Shown here: positions 12,010-22,174 of the stretch, piece by piece
Layout: each line of letters opens with the position of its first letter
Numbering within the stretch: position 1 is the first letter of the stretch
Assembly (NCBI GenBank): GCA_963819655.1
Contig: CAWFXA010000002.1
Coordinates: 1,696,001 to 1,760,000, forward strand
Source of the DNA: an uncultured Chloroflexia bacterium
GTDB lineage: Bacteria > Chloroflexota > Limnocylindria > Limnocylindrales > CSP1-4
DNA: 64,000 nucleotides
Reading direction: 5' to 3'
The notes under the pieces: generated by a model
The model's input: only the letters and a program-made list of their open reading frames with translations
Database searches by the model: none
What the model was told of the DNA's origin: nothing
Program-made: the position numbers and the translations under genes

Positions 12010-12294
12010 ATGTTCGGGATCTTCGGGGCGATCCTGCCCAGGTTCGCGTTGCTGGCCGGCTGGTACAACGATCCAACCTATTGGAACGCCGTCTTCGGTT
12101 CGCAGCTGTTCCTGCTGCTCGGCTTCGTCGCGCTGCCCTGGACGACGCTCATCTATGGCCTGGTCTCCCCGAACGGCCTCGGCATCGTCAACATCATCTT
12201 CCTTCTGCTGGCCGTGCTGGCCGACCTCGGCACCTGGGGCATCGGCATCTTCGCGGCGCGCAAGCAGACCTCGAGTTCGTACCGGGGGACCTGA
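12010..12294 (+). CDS. Small integral membrane protein
   Basis: GGAGG RBS; three hydrophobic segments, LGFVALPWTTLIY, basic C-terminus. Confidence 0.7.
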   Translation: MFGIFGAILPRFALLAGWYNDPTYWNAVFGSQLFLLLGFVALPWTTLIYGLVSPNGLGIVNIIFLLLAVLADLGTWGIGIFAARKQTSSSYRGT

Positions 12295-12368
12295 CCCGCG
12301 ATCGGCCAGCCGGGGCGACGGGTCATCCGCCGGCCGCGCGCTTCTTGGTCCCGCCGTACCATCCGCTG

Positions 12369-13912
12369 ATGCTTGGCGGTGATCGTCCTGGGTCGCCCTG
12401 CTGACGCGGATCCCGCTGCACCCGCTCCTGTTCGCCGCGTACGCGGTCCTGTTCCTCTATTCCGCGAACCTCGCCCTGGTTCTTCCCGTCGACGCGGCCG
12501 CGCCGGTGGCTCGGGCCGTGATCGCTGCCGCGTCTCTGACCGCCTTCATGGGGCTGGTCCTCCGCGACGTCCGTAAGGGGGCGATCGTCGCGTCGGCGGT
12601 CGTGATCGCGTACTTCGTGTTCGGGCACGTCCGGGGGTTCCTGTCCGGTCTCGGCCTGGGTGACGCGGCCCAGCTCGGACTGTGGGGCGTCGTCGTGGCC
12701 GTGACGCTCTTCCTCGCCGCGCGCGCGTCGGCGAGATTGCCGCAGGCGACCGCTGGACTCAACGTATTCGCGATCGTCCTCGTGGTCATCGCCACCGCGA
12801 CGATCCTGCCGTACGAAATCACTCGTGCTCGTCGGGAGCCGATCGCACACGCGGCCCCCATCGCCGCCGCAACCGGCGCCGCGCCGGGGCGTGACATCTA
12901 CTTCCTGGTCTTCGACCGATACGGCTCGGCAGACGCCCTCGAGCGCCGCTTCGACATCACCGACAACGACCTGTACGGCTGGCTCGAGGAGCGCGGGTTT
13001 CACGTCCCGTCGAGCAGCCACGCGAACTATCGGGCCACGGACTTCTCACTGGCAGCCACGCTCAACATGCAGTTGTTGGACAACCTGACCCGCGAAGTCG
13101 GCCGCGACTCCGACGATCGGACGGCGGCGCAGGACATGATCCGGGAGCACGAGGTTGGCCGCTTCCTGAAGTCGCAGGGATATCGCTACTACCAGATCGG
13201 ATCCTGGTACGGCCCGTCCCGTTCGATCGAGATCGCCGATGAGAACCTCGTGTACGGCGTGGCCAGCGAGTTCGAGTCCGTCTTGAACGACCTGACCATC
13301 ATGCCCGCGATCGACCGCGTCCGTGGGGTGGTGAGCCGCGAGCCGACGTTCCGCGACCGCCATCGGGAGGGAAGCTTGTTCGCGTTTCGTCAGTTGCGCC
13401 GGGTGGCGACTGCGCCGGGCCCGAAATTCGTGTTCGCGCACATCCTCCTGCCACACGACCCTTACGTGTTCAAGGCCGACGGCTCGCCACTGTCCGAAGA
13501 GGAAGCAAACGGCGCGCCGGAGCCACAGCTCTACGCCGATCACCTCGCGTATGCCAACTCGCAGATCAAGCAGATCGTCGGCCAACTGCTCGCTGGCCCC
13601 GTGGAGACCCGGCCGATCGTGATCATCGAGGGCGACGAGGGGCCGTTGATGTGCCGGTCCGTGGACTGCGTGACGAGCACGGGGGAATATCTGCGGATCC
13701 GGCTCGGGAACCTGGTCGCGATGTACCTGCCGGGCGTGGACGCAGTGATTCCCGACACGTTCACCTCGGTCAACACCTTCAGGGTCGTGTTACGTGAATA
13801 CTTCGGCGCCGAGCTTGAGCCACTTCCCGATCGCAGCTTCACGTGGCCCGACAACGATCACATCTACGACTTCAGGGACGTGACCGACCAGATCGTTGCA
13901 TCGGGCGAGTGA
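12369..13912 (+). CDS. Sulfatase/alkaline-phosphatase-superfamily membrane protein (LTA-synthase/NoeB-like); probable -1 frameshift near 12397
   Basis: Five N-terminal TM helices, RDIYFLVFDRY, SHANYRAT, FVFAHILLPHDPYVF, IIEGDEGP. Frame 2 is open from 12383; adding one C to the CCC at 12396-12398 joins it to the ATG at 12369. Confidence 0.8.
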
Positions 13913-13973
13913 TGCGAATTCCTTTCCCGCGGTATCCTCCGGTCCTTCCAGATCCGAGCCTGGAGGTCCGAGC

Positions 13974-14156
13974 ATGTCCCCATTCCTGGCGTACATCGAC
14001 CCCGGCTCAGGCAGCCTGATCATCCAGGCGGCAATCGCGGCCGTTATCGCCATCCCGATCTTCTTCCGCTCGCAGATCGCTCGCGCGATACGGGCGCTTC
14101 GGCGCTCTGAGGAGCGCGAGCCAACAAGCGGGGATGACGCTGCCACCAAGCCTTGA
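13974..14156 (+). CDS. 60-aa membrane micro-protein with AYIDPGSGS motif
   Basis: TATCCT -10 at 13933, GGAGG RBS at 13962; AYIDPGSGS, then a TM helix, then a basic segment. Confidence 0.8.
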   Translation: MSPFLAYIDPGSGSLIIQAAIAAVIAIPIFFRSQIARAIRALRRSEEREPTSGDDAATKP

Positions 14157-15577
14157 CCTGCACGACGCCGTCGCGCGGCACGTCGTCGGCACATCTGACG
14201 GTCGTGACGGGGCGTCGTTCCGTGATCCGAGTGGGTTCGTCTTCTGGCGCGATGGTCAGCCATACCGCCAGATCCAGCGAACATTCGCGACCGAGTGGGA
14301 TGCGTTCGAGGCAAGCGCGCTCAAGCCGCGGCTCATCGACCAGCGACGGCTGATCGGGCATGAGCCGGCTGGTCTCGACCTTGCGGCGGCGCCAGGCGCA
14401 CACGCGGTCATTCGACCCGAGCGGATCGAGTTCATCAGTTATCCCTACGAGTGGACGTTCGGCGAGCTGCGCGAGGCCGCGCTACTGACGCTCGATATCC
14501 AGCTCGAGGCCATGGCTGTCGGCTGGACCCTCAAGGATGCGTCGGCCTACAACATCCAGTTCCACGAGGCCCGCCCGATCCACATCGATTTCGGCGTCGT
14601 TCGAACCGCTCGACGATGGCGCGCCGTGGATCGCCTACCGCCAGTTCTGCGAGCAGTTCCTGGGGCCGCTCGCGCTTGCCGCAAGGCGCGATGTTCGGCT
14701 CTCGGACCTGCTCCGGCTCGGCCCCGACGGGATCCCGCTCGATCTGGCGAGCCGGCTGCTGCCGTGGCGGACGCGGTTCGAGTTCGGGCTCCTCTCGCAC
14801 GTGCATCTCCATGCTCGAGCCCAGATTCGTCACGCCGCGAACCAGGAAGAGAACGGGCGGCAGGCGCGGAACGCCCGACTCCCCCGGGCGCGCCTGGAGG
14901 GGCTCATCCGGAATCTCCGCTCGACCGTCGCGGGGCTCGACTGGCACCCAGGCGGGACGGAGTGGGCCGACTACGCCGAGCACACGAGCTACGGCGACCG
15001 GGCGGCGGCGGACAAGGACCGCCTGGTCGACGGGTTCGTGCGCGAGGTGCCAGGACCGCGCATGTGGGACCTCGGCGCCAACACCGGTCGCTTCAGCCAG
15101 ATCGCGGCCGACGCGGGCAAGCGCGTCGTCGCCTTCGACATCGATCAAGCGGCTGCCGAGCGTCACTTTCGGGCGGTCCGCCAGGCGGGGCGAACCGATA
15201 TATTGCCGCTCGTCGCCGATATCGCGAACCCGAGCCCGGCACTCGGCTGGGCCGGACGCGAGCGGCGCTCGCTCCTCGAGCGCGCCGACGCGGATGCGAT
15301 CCTCGCGCTCGCCCTCGTCCACCACCTCGCGATCGCCCGGAACGTGCCGCTGCCGATGGTGTTCGACCTGTTCGCAGACCTTGCTCCGTGGGCGATCGTC
15401 GAGTTCGTGCCCAAGGACGACCCGATGGTCCGGCGGCTCCTGGCGACGCGACGTGACGTCTTCGCCGGCTACGACCTGGACGGGTTCCGTGTGGCCGCGG
15501 CGACTCGTTTCGTGATCGTCCGAGAGGCGCCCATAGCGGACAGCGTCCGAGTGCTGTTCCTGCTGCGCCGCCGCTGA
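14134..15577 (+). CDS. NoeA-like kinase-like + class I SAM methyltransferase fusion; frameshift near 14590
   Basis: SFRDPSGFVF, FISYPYEWTF, LKDASAYNIQF in frame 1; WIAYRQFCEQFLGPL, WDLGANTG, ALALVHHLAI, EFVPKDDPMV in frame 2; one extra T in GATTT. Confidence 0.82.
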
Positions 15578-15657
15578 TCCCGCGACAGGCCGATCGGCAT
15601 GGAACGTTCAGACCCCCACCGACGACTACTAGCTAAGCGCGAGAAACCGCCGCGCCG

Positions 15658-16545
15658 CTATTCGTCCTCGGCAGCCGCCGCCGCGTCCGCTGCGCCGGCC
15701 ACGCCACGAGGTTCCTTGCCCTTCGGCCAATACAGCTCCTTCTTGACCGCGGTCTCCGGGAGACCGAGCCCGAGCAGGGTTTCCTCGGCGGCAAGGATCA
15801 TGTCCGGGTTGCCGCACAGGTAGGCGATCGTGTCGTCGGGCCGGAGGCCCAGGTCCGCGAACACCGGCGCGACAACGGACTCGGCACGGCCCGTGCGTCC
15901 GGTCCAGTCCGCATTGGACGGATCAGTCGGTCGCGAGACGGTCGGCACGAACGTCACCGGGTACTCCCCGCTGGACTCCCAGCCCTCCAGCAACTCCCGG
16001 TAGCCCAGATCGCGGACGTGGGACACGCCATTGATGAACACTGCTCGTCGCGGCGTCCCGTCGGCCAGCATCTGACGCATCATCGACACGAACGGCGCGT
16101 TGCCCGTCCCCGATGAGATGAACAGGTGCGTCCGGTCGTCATCGGGCTCGAGCAGGAACTTGCCCTTCGGCCCGATCATCCGCATCCGCTGGCCGGTCGG
16201 CAGGTCCCACAGCACCGGAGTGAACGTCCCGCCCTGGACGAGCCGCAGATAGAACTCATAGCCGGTCGACCCGGCCGCGTTCGGCGGCGACGCGACCGAA
16301 TACGGCCTCTGGACGATCTTCCCGTCGACGAAGACGCCGATCGTCATGTATTGCCCGGGCTCGAACGGCGTGGGGTTCTCGTCGAACTTCACCCAGAAGT
16401 AGCCGAGGCTGTCGTGCTGATCGACGCGATCGATGAGCGTCGCGTTGTAGCGCTCGTCATCGGTCGCGATCTCACCGGTCGGAGCGTCGCTCGGGGCTGC
16501 GGCTGTGGCGGCGTCTGGGGCTGTGGTCGGGGCCGTCTCGGTCAC
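15658..16545 (-). CDS. Ferredoxin--NADP+ reductase family oxidoreductase
   Basis: FEPGQY, RPYSVAS, GGTFT, SSGTGNAPFVSM, YLCGNPDMI, ELYW; GTG start 7 nt after TACCAT. Confidence 0.9.
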   Translation of the reverse strand: MTETAPTTAPDAATAAAPSDAPTGEIATDDERYNATLIDRVDQHDSLGYFWVKFDENPTPFEPGQYMTIGVFVDGKIVQRPYSVASPPNAAGSTGYEFYLRLVQGGTFTPVLWDLPTGQRMRMIGPKGKFLLEPDDDRTHLFISSGTGNAPFVSMMRQMLADGTPRRAVFINGVSHVRDLGYRELLEGWESSGEYPVTFVPTVSRPTDPSNADWTGRTGRAESVVAPVFADLGLRPDDTIAYLCGNPDMILAAEETLLGLGLPETAVKKELYWPKGKEPRGVAGAADAAAAAEDE

Positions 16546-16704
16546 GCGACGGATGGTACCCGGCCGAGCGGCGCGAACGCGGGCAGGGCTCCGAAGCTCG
16601 CCACGCACCCGCGGCTGAGAGGCACGGACGGCGACGGTACAATCGCGGAACCCTCGTGACCCTCGCGGGCTGTTCGCCCGCCGCCCCCGGAGGACCCGTC
16701 GACG

Positions 16705-19497
16705 ATGACCACCACCACGCCACGGCCGGAGACTGCCGACCGGCCCCACACGGCGGCCAAGCGCTACATCTATGCCTGGGGTGATGGCGGCGCCGAGGGG
16801 AACGCCCAGATGCGCGACCTCCTGGGCGGCAAGGGGGCCGGCCTCGCCGAGATGACGATCGCGGGGCTGCCCACCCCGCCGGGCTTCACGATCACGACCG
16901 AGGCCTGCAACGACTACTTCGCCAACGGCGAACGCTTGCCCGACGGGCTGTGGGACGACGTCCTCGAGGCGGTCACGGAAGTGGAGCGAAGGACAGGCAA
17001 GGGCTTCGGCGATCCCGCCAACCCACTCCTTGTGAGCGTACGGTCCGGTGCCAAGTTCTCGATGCCCGGGATGATGGACACGGTCCTCAACCTGGGCCTC
17101 AACGAGAAGACGTCGCAGGGTCTCATCGCGCTGACCGGCAACGAGCGGTTCGGGTGGGATGCCTACCGGCGTTTCATCCAGATGTTCGGGCGGATCGTGA
17201 TGGAGGTCAGCGGCGAGCGCTTCGACCACGCCCTCGAGGCGGCCAAGGGGAAGCACGGCGCACAGCAGGACACGGACCTCGACGCCGCCGCGCTGAAGGA
17301 TCTCGTCGCCGAGTTCAGATCGATCGTGAAGGCCGATACGGGCCGCGACTTCCCGGAGGACCCGTCCGAGCAGCTCGATCTCGCGATCAAGGCCGTGTTC
17401 GCGAGCTGGTTCGGCAAGCGCGCCCGCGATTACCGCAAGAACCAGGCCATCCCCGACGACCTCGGCACGGCGGTCAACGTCGTGACGATGGTCTTCGGCA
17501 ACATGGGTGACGACTCCGGGACGGGCGTCGCGTTCACGAGGGACCCGAACACGGGCGAGAAGGTCCTCTTCGGCGAGTACCTCACCAACGCCCAGGGCGA
17601 GGACGTCGTCGCCGGCATCCGGACCGCCCCGAAGATCGCCCAGATGCAGACCGAGATGCCGGAGGTCTACGCCGAGTTCCAGCGCATCGGCCAGCAGCTC
17701 GAGTCCCATTACCGCGACGTCCAGGACCTCGAGTTCACGATCGAGCGCGGCCGCCTGTACATGCTCCAGACACGGTCCGCGAAGCGGACGGCGGCCGCGG
17801 CGGTGCGCATCGCCGCCGACATGGTCGCGGAAGGCACGATCACCAAGGAAGAGGCGATCGCCCGGATCGAGCCTGCCCACGTCGACCAGCTGCTGCGCGA
17901 TCAGTTCGACCCGGGCGGCCTGCAGGCGGCCACCAGGATCGCCAAGGGCCTCAACGCCTCGCCGGGGGCCGCCGTCGGCCGTGCCGTGTTCAGTGCCGAC
18001 ACCGCCGTCGAATGGGTCGAGCGCGGTGAGAAGGTCATCCTCGTCCGCATCGAGACGTCGCCCGACGATTTCCACGGGATGGCCGTCGCGCAGGGGATCC
18101 TGACCGCCCGCGGCGGTGCCACCAGCCACGCCGCCGTCGTCGCCCGCCAGATCGGCAAGCCGTGCGTGGCCGGCTGCGCGGAGCTCATCATCGACTACGG
18201 CGCGAAGACCGCTCGCAGCTCCGACAGCGGCGTCACGTTCACTGAAGGCGACGCGATCAGCCTCGACGGTGCGACCGGCACGGTCTACCAGGGCGCGATC
18301 CCGACCGTCAGCGCCCGTTTCGAGGACCAGCCCGAGCTCCAGAAGGTGCTCGGCTGGGCCGACGAGATCCGTCGGATGGAGGTCTGGACCAACGCCGACA
18401 AGCCCGAGGAGGCCGCCCAGGCACGCGGCTACGGGGCGCAAGGCATCGGGTTGTGCCGCACCGAGCACATGTTCCGCGAGGGTGAGCGATTGGAGATCGT
18501 GCGTGACGCGATCCTGGTCGCGAGCCAGGCCACCCGGGCCAAGGCCAGGAAGGCAGCCGGCGACCCGCTGAGCGACGACGACACCGAGGCGATCGGCCGC
18601 TTCGACGCCGCGATGACCAAGCTCGAGGCCCTCCAGCAGGGCGACTTCGAGGGCATCTTCCGGGCGATGGATGGCCTGCCCGTCGTCATCCGGTTGATCG
18701 ACCCGCCGCTGCACGAGTTCCTGCCCAACCTCGAGGAGCAGCTCGTCAAGGTCACCCGGGCCGAGGACGCCGGCGGCGCCAGCGAGGAGGACAAGGAGCT
18801 CCTCGCGACGATCAAGTCGCTGCACGAGCAGAACCCGATGCTCGGGCTGCGTGGTGTCCGCCTCGGCCTGATGTTCCCGGACTTCGTGAAGGTCCAGACC
18901 CGGGCGATCCTCAACGCCCAGATCGCGGTCAAGCGAGCCGGCGGCAACCCGATCGCCAAGATCATGATCCCCCTCGTCGGCCACGCCAACGAGCTCAAGC
19001 GGACCAAGGAGCTGCTCGAGGCGGAGGTCGAGGCCGTCGAGGCCGCGGCCGGCGGCGTCGATGTCGACTACAAGTTCGGCACGATGATCGAGGTGCCACG
19101 CGGCGCCCTGACGGCCGACGAGATCGCGAAGGACGCGGCGTTCTTCAGCTTCGGCACGAACGACCTGACTCAGATGACGTTCGGCTACAGCCGGGACGAC
19201 GCCGAGGGCGGATTCCTCCTCAAGTACGTCGAGGAAGGCATCCTGCCGGTCAACCCGTTCCAGACCCTGGACGACGCGGTGGCCGGCCTGATGAAGGTCG
19301 CCGTCGACAAGGGCCGCGCGACCCGGCCGGATCTCGAGATCGGGATCTGCGGCGAGCACGGTGGCGACCCAGCGTCGATCTTCAAATGCGAGGCGCTCGG
19401 GCTCGACTACGTATCGTGCTCACCGTTCCGCGTCCCCATCGCCCGTCTGGCCGCGGCGCAGGCGGCACTGACCGCGGCCGCCGAACGGGACAAGTGA
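16705..19497 (+). CDS. ppdK: Pyruvate, phosphate dikinase
   Basis: LLGGKGAGLAEM, VSVRSGA, MPGMMDT, NAQGEDVVAG, GGATSHAAVVAR, GLCRTEHMF, SFGTNDLTQ, GICGEHGGDP; TACAAT -10 at 16638. Confidence 0.97.
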   Translation: MTTTTPRPETADRPHTAAKRYIYAWGDGGAEGNAQMRDLLGGKGAGLAEMTIAGLPTPPGFTITTEACNDYFANGERLPDGLWDDVLEAVTEVERRTGKGFGDPANPLLVSVRSGAKFSMPGMMDTVLNLGLNEKTSQGLIALTGNERFGWDAYRRFIQMFGRIVMEVSGERFDHALEAAKGKHGAQQDTDLDAAALKDLVAEFRSIVKADTGRDFPEDPSEQLDLAIKAVFASWFGKRARDYRKNQAIPDDLGTAVNVVTMVFGNMGDDSGTGVAFTRDPNTGEKVLFGEYLTNAQGEDVVAGIRTAPKIAQMQTEMPEVYAEFQRIGQQLESHYRDVQDLEFTIERGRLYMLQTRSAKRTAAAAVRIAADMVAEGTITKEEAIARIEPAHVDQLLRDQFDPGGLQAATRIAKGLNASPGAAVGRAVFSADTAVEWVERGEKVILVRIETSPDDFHGMAVAQGILTARGGATSHAAVVARQIGKPCVAGCAELIIDYGAKTARSSDSGVTFTEGDAISLDGATGTVYQGAIPTVSARFEDQPELQKVLGWADEIRRMEVWTNADKPEEAAQARGYGAQGIGLCRTEHMFREGERLEIVRDAILVASQATRAKARKAAGDPLSDDDTEAIGRFDAAMTKLEALQQGDFEGIFRAMDGLPVVIRLIDPPLHEFLPNLEEQLVKVTRAEDAGGASEEDKELLATIKSLHEQNPMLGLRGVRLGLMFPDFVKVQTRAILNAQIAVKRAGGNPIAKIMIPLVGHANELKRTKELLEAEVEAVEAAAGGVDVDYKFGTMIEVPRGALTADEIAKDAAFFSFGTNDLTQMTFGYSRDDAEGGFLLKYVEEGILPVNPFQTLDDAVAGLMKVAVDKGRATRPDLEIGICGEHGGDPASIFKCEALGLDYVSCSPFRVPIARLAAAQAALTAAAERDK

Positions 19498-19616
19498 GGG
19501 GCTCGCCGCGCGCCTGATACCCGGGGAGCGCAGCCCCGAATCACGAACTGCCCCGAATCTCGATTCCGTGGGTCACACCGGTGTAGTCCGGTGTAGTCTA
19601 AGGATGTGCAGGGGGC

Positions 19617-20249
19617 GTGAGCGTGCAATTCGACTTCGGCGCATTCATCGAGACCGTGAGAGCGGGCATCGGGATAATTCCGCCCGTGCTGATCGCGATC
19701 GCGTTGCTCGGCGGACCGACGCTTGGCTGGCTCCTCTATAGATTTGCGGTGCAGCCGCGCACCAGGCGCATGCGCGGACTGGACCCGGCGACGATGTGGG
19801 TGTGCCCCAGCTGCCGGTCCGTGAACGCGTTGCGCAACGCCCGCTGCTATCGGTGTGACTCGCCGCCCGTCGAAGAAGAGCTCGAGGTCATCCACACCGA
19901 ACCCGCGAGCCCGATCCGCCTGGCCCCAGTCGGGCCCGGCCTGAATCTCGGAGGGCCTGGTCAGGTCGCCGGTGATCCGCGACCCATCTCCCGGATCGAG
20001 CGAGCCCCCGAGGTCTGGGTCGAGGAAAGCGACGAATGGGAAGGCTGGCAGCAGGAGGAGTTCGAGGAGGACCGCGCGGCACTCCCCGACCTGGCCGCCA
20101 TGACCGAGGTCGTCGAAGCACCCGGCCGTCAACGCTCGCGACCAGGTGGACCGGTCCCCGTCGGACCGGGTCGCCCGGCCGTCGCTCCACCGCGTCGCGC
20201 CATCGCAGCAGGCGAGAGACCCGGTCCTGACGGCACGCCCGCGGCGTGA
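19617..20249 (+). CDS. Membrane-anchored protein with RanBP2-type zinc finger
   Basis: N-terminal TM helix; WVCPSCRSVNALRNARCYRC fits W-x-C-x2-C-x3-N-x6-C-x2-C. Confidence 0.65.
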   Translation: MSVQFDFGAFIETVRAGIGIIPPVLIAIALLGGPTLGWLLYRFAVQPRTRRMRGLDPATMWVCPSCRSVNALRNARCYRCDSPPVEEELEVIHTEPASPIRLAPVGPGLNLGGPGQVAGDPRPISRIERAPEVWVEESDEWEGWQQEEFEEDRAALPDLAAMTEVVEAPGRQRSRPGGPVPVGPGRPAVAPPRRAIAAGERPGPDGTPAA

Positions 20250-21928
20250 CGGACGGCCTACCGGCTCGGGCCGACGGCCCACCACAGGCCCCAGCACCAC
20301 TGGCCGACGGGCCACAACCCAGGGCTCGACACCGCGTCCTGATCGTCGGCGGCGGCTTCGGCGGCCTGTACGCTGCCCGGAACCTGCGGAGCGACCCCGA
20401 GGTCGCGGTCACCCTGCTCGACCGCAGGAACTTCCACCTGTTCCAGCCGATGCTGTATCAGGTCGCCACAGGCGCCCTGTCCCCGGGCGAGATCGCGCAG
20501 CCCCTGCGCTCGATCCTCGCCCGCCAGAGGAACGTGACGGTCATCCTCGGCGAAGCTGTCGGCATCGACGTCGACCGCCGCGAGGTCCAGCTCTCGGACG
20601 GCGGTCCGATCGCCTACGACACGCTGATCGTGGCGACCGGTGCACACCACACGTTCTTCGGGCACGACGACTGGGCCGCCCACGCCCAGGGGCTCAAGAC
20701 CATCGAGGACGCCATCGAGGTCCGACGGCGCATCCTCATCGCGTTCGAGGCCGCGGAACGGGAAGCTGATGCGGAACGGCGTCGCGAGTGGATGACCTTC
20801 GTGCTCGTCGGTGGCGGGCCGACAGGCGTCGAACTCGCAGGCTCGCTCGGCGAGATCGCGCGCGACACGCTCAAGCGCGATTTCCGGGCGATCGACCCGG
20901 CCGACGCCCGGATCATCCTCATCGAGGCGATGGACAGGGTCCTGCCGACGTTCCCGCCGGGCCGCTCGGCGTCTGCCAGGAAGCAGCTCGAGCGACTCGG
21001 GGTGACGGTTCGCGTCGGCACGACGGTCACGCACATCGATGAGGAGTCGGTGCGGCTCAGGCCTTCCGCCGACCGCAACGCCCCGGAGGAGACGATCCCG
21101 ACACGCACCGTCCTGTGGGGCGCCGGTGTCATCGCCTCATCGTTCGCGCGCAAGGTGGCCGACGCTGCCGGTGCGACGACCGATCGGAACGGGCGCGTCC
21201 TGGTCGAGCCCGACCTGACCGTGCCTGGGCATCCCGAGATCTTCGTGGTCGGCGATGCCGCCGTGCAGCCCTGGAAACCCGGGCGGCCGACACCCGGCGT
21301 CGCACAGGGCGGTATCCAGGGCGGCTCGTATGCCGCCAAGGTCATCCGGCGGCGCATCCTCGGCCGCCCGTGGGAGCCATTCCGTTACAGCAACCATGGC
21401 GACGTGGCGGTCATCGGCCGGCTGTCCGGGGTCACCGACATCCCGTGGATGGGCCCGTTCGGACAGCAGGGCGGCTTCACGGCCTGGCTGCTGTGGCTGG
21501 GCATCCATATCGCTTACCTGATCGGCTTTGCCAATCGGATCGTCGTGCTGGTGCGGTGGGCGTGGTCGTTCATGACCCACGGCCGCGGCACGCGCCTCAT
21601 CACCGGCGGCCCGCTGCTACCCCCGATCGAGGAGCCCGAGCCCCCCGTGATGGCGCCGCCAGACGGTGATGTGGACCTGGTCGTCGCACCCTTGGGGCGT
21701 TCGGAGCCGCTGCAGTTGCAGTCGAAGCGATCCGAGCCCGAAGAGTCCGCCTCCACGTATCCAAACCCCGACTCGACGGACTCCAACCCCCCGGACGCCA
21801 TTCCGTCGGACGACGAGCGCTCGGACTCAGAGCAGCCCCACAAGAAACAACCCGGCAAGAAACAACCCGGCAAGAAACAGCCCGGCAAGAAACCGCAGGG
21901 CAAGGAGCAGTCCCGCTCCAAACGTTGA
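20246..21928 (+). CDS. ndh: Type II NADH dehydrogenase (NDH-2) with long low-complexity C-terminal tail
   Basis: IVGGGFGG, FQPMLYQVATG, VGGGPTGVELAG, LWGAGV, FVVGDAA, WLGIHIAYLIGFANR. Confidence 0.9.
   Translation: MTDGLPARADGPPQAPAPLADGPQPRARHRVLIVGGGFGGLYAARNLRSDPEVAVTLLDRRNFHLFQPMLYQVATGALSPGEIAQPLRSILARQRNVTVILGEAVGIDVDRREVQLSDGGPIAYDTLIVATGAHHTFFGHDDWAAHAQGLKTIEDAIEVRRRILIAFEAAEREADAERRREWMTFVLVGGGPTGVELAGSLGEIARDTLKRDFRAIDPADARIILIEAMDRVLPTFPPGRSASARKQLERLGVTVRVGTTVTHIDEESVRLRPSADRNAPEETIPTRTVLWGAGVIASSFARKVADAAGATTDRNGRVLVEPDLTVPGHPEIFVVGDAAVQPWKPGRPTPGVAQGGIQGGSYAAKVIRRRILGRPWEPFRYSNHGDVAVIGRLSGVTDIPWMGPFGQQGGFTAWLLWLGIHIAYLIGFANRIVVLVRWAWSFMTHGRGTRLITGGPLLPPIEEPEPPVMAPPDGDVDLVVAPLGRSEPLQLQSKRSEPEESASTYPNPDSTDSNPPDAIPSDDERSDSEQPHKKQPGKKQPGKKQPGKKPQGKEQSRSKR
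21841..21903 (+). repeat. 15-bp tandem repeat encoding KKQPG, about 4 copies
   Basis: caagaaacaacccgg caagaaacaacccgg caagaaacagcccgg caagaaaccgcaggg. Confidence 0.85.
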
Positions 21929-22140
21929 TGTCCATTTTCTGCGCCGGCGTCGACCACCCCTTGCTGATGCGCATGGGCCGCATCAACCGCGGTCAACCCG
22001 CGCGATGCCGGAGTCAATCAACGCGGAGTGGATGCGTGAGGATGTCGCCCGGAGGAAGTGAACGCGGTCTTCACGCGCGTTGATGCGGCCGGTGCGCATC
22101 AACGAACAAAGGTCCGGTCGGACGTGGAATATGTGCATCA
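21926..22140. repeat. Inverted pair of 60-bp REP-like elements (21926-21985 and 22081-22140)
   Basis: TGATGTCCATTT...TGATGCGCATGGGCCGCATCA, and the inverse TGATGCGGCCGGTGCGCATCA...ATATGTGCATCA. Confidence 0.8.
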
Positions 22141-22174
22141 GGGCGAGGCGACGGAGCTGCAGAGGAGAGGCCGG

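Noticed and set aside
15658-19359. 1233-aa minus-strand ORF
   Set aside because: Only the last 295 aa (FNR, from 16545) are credible; the rest is the stop-free antisense shadow of ppdK, typical of high-GC DNA
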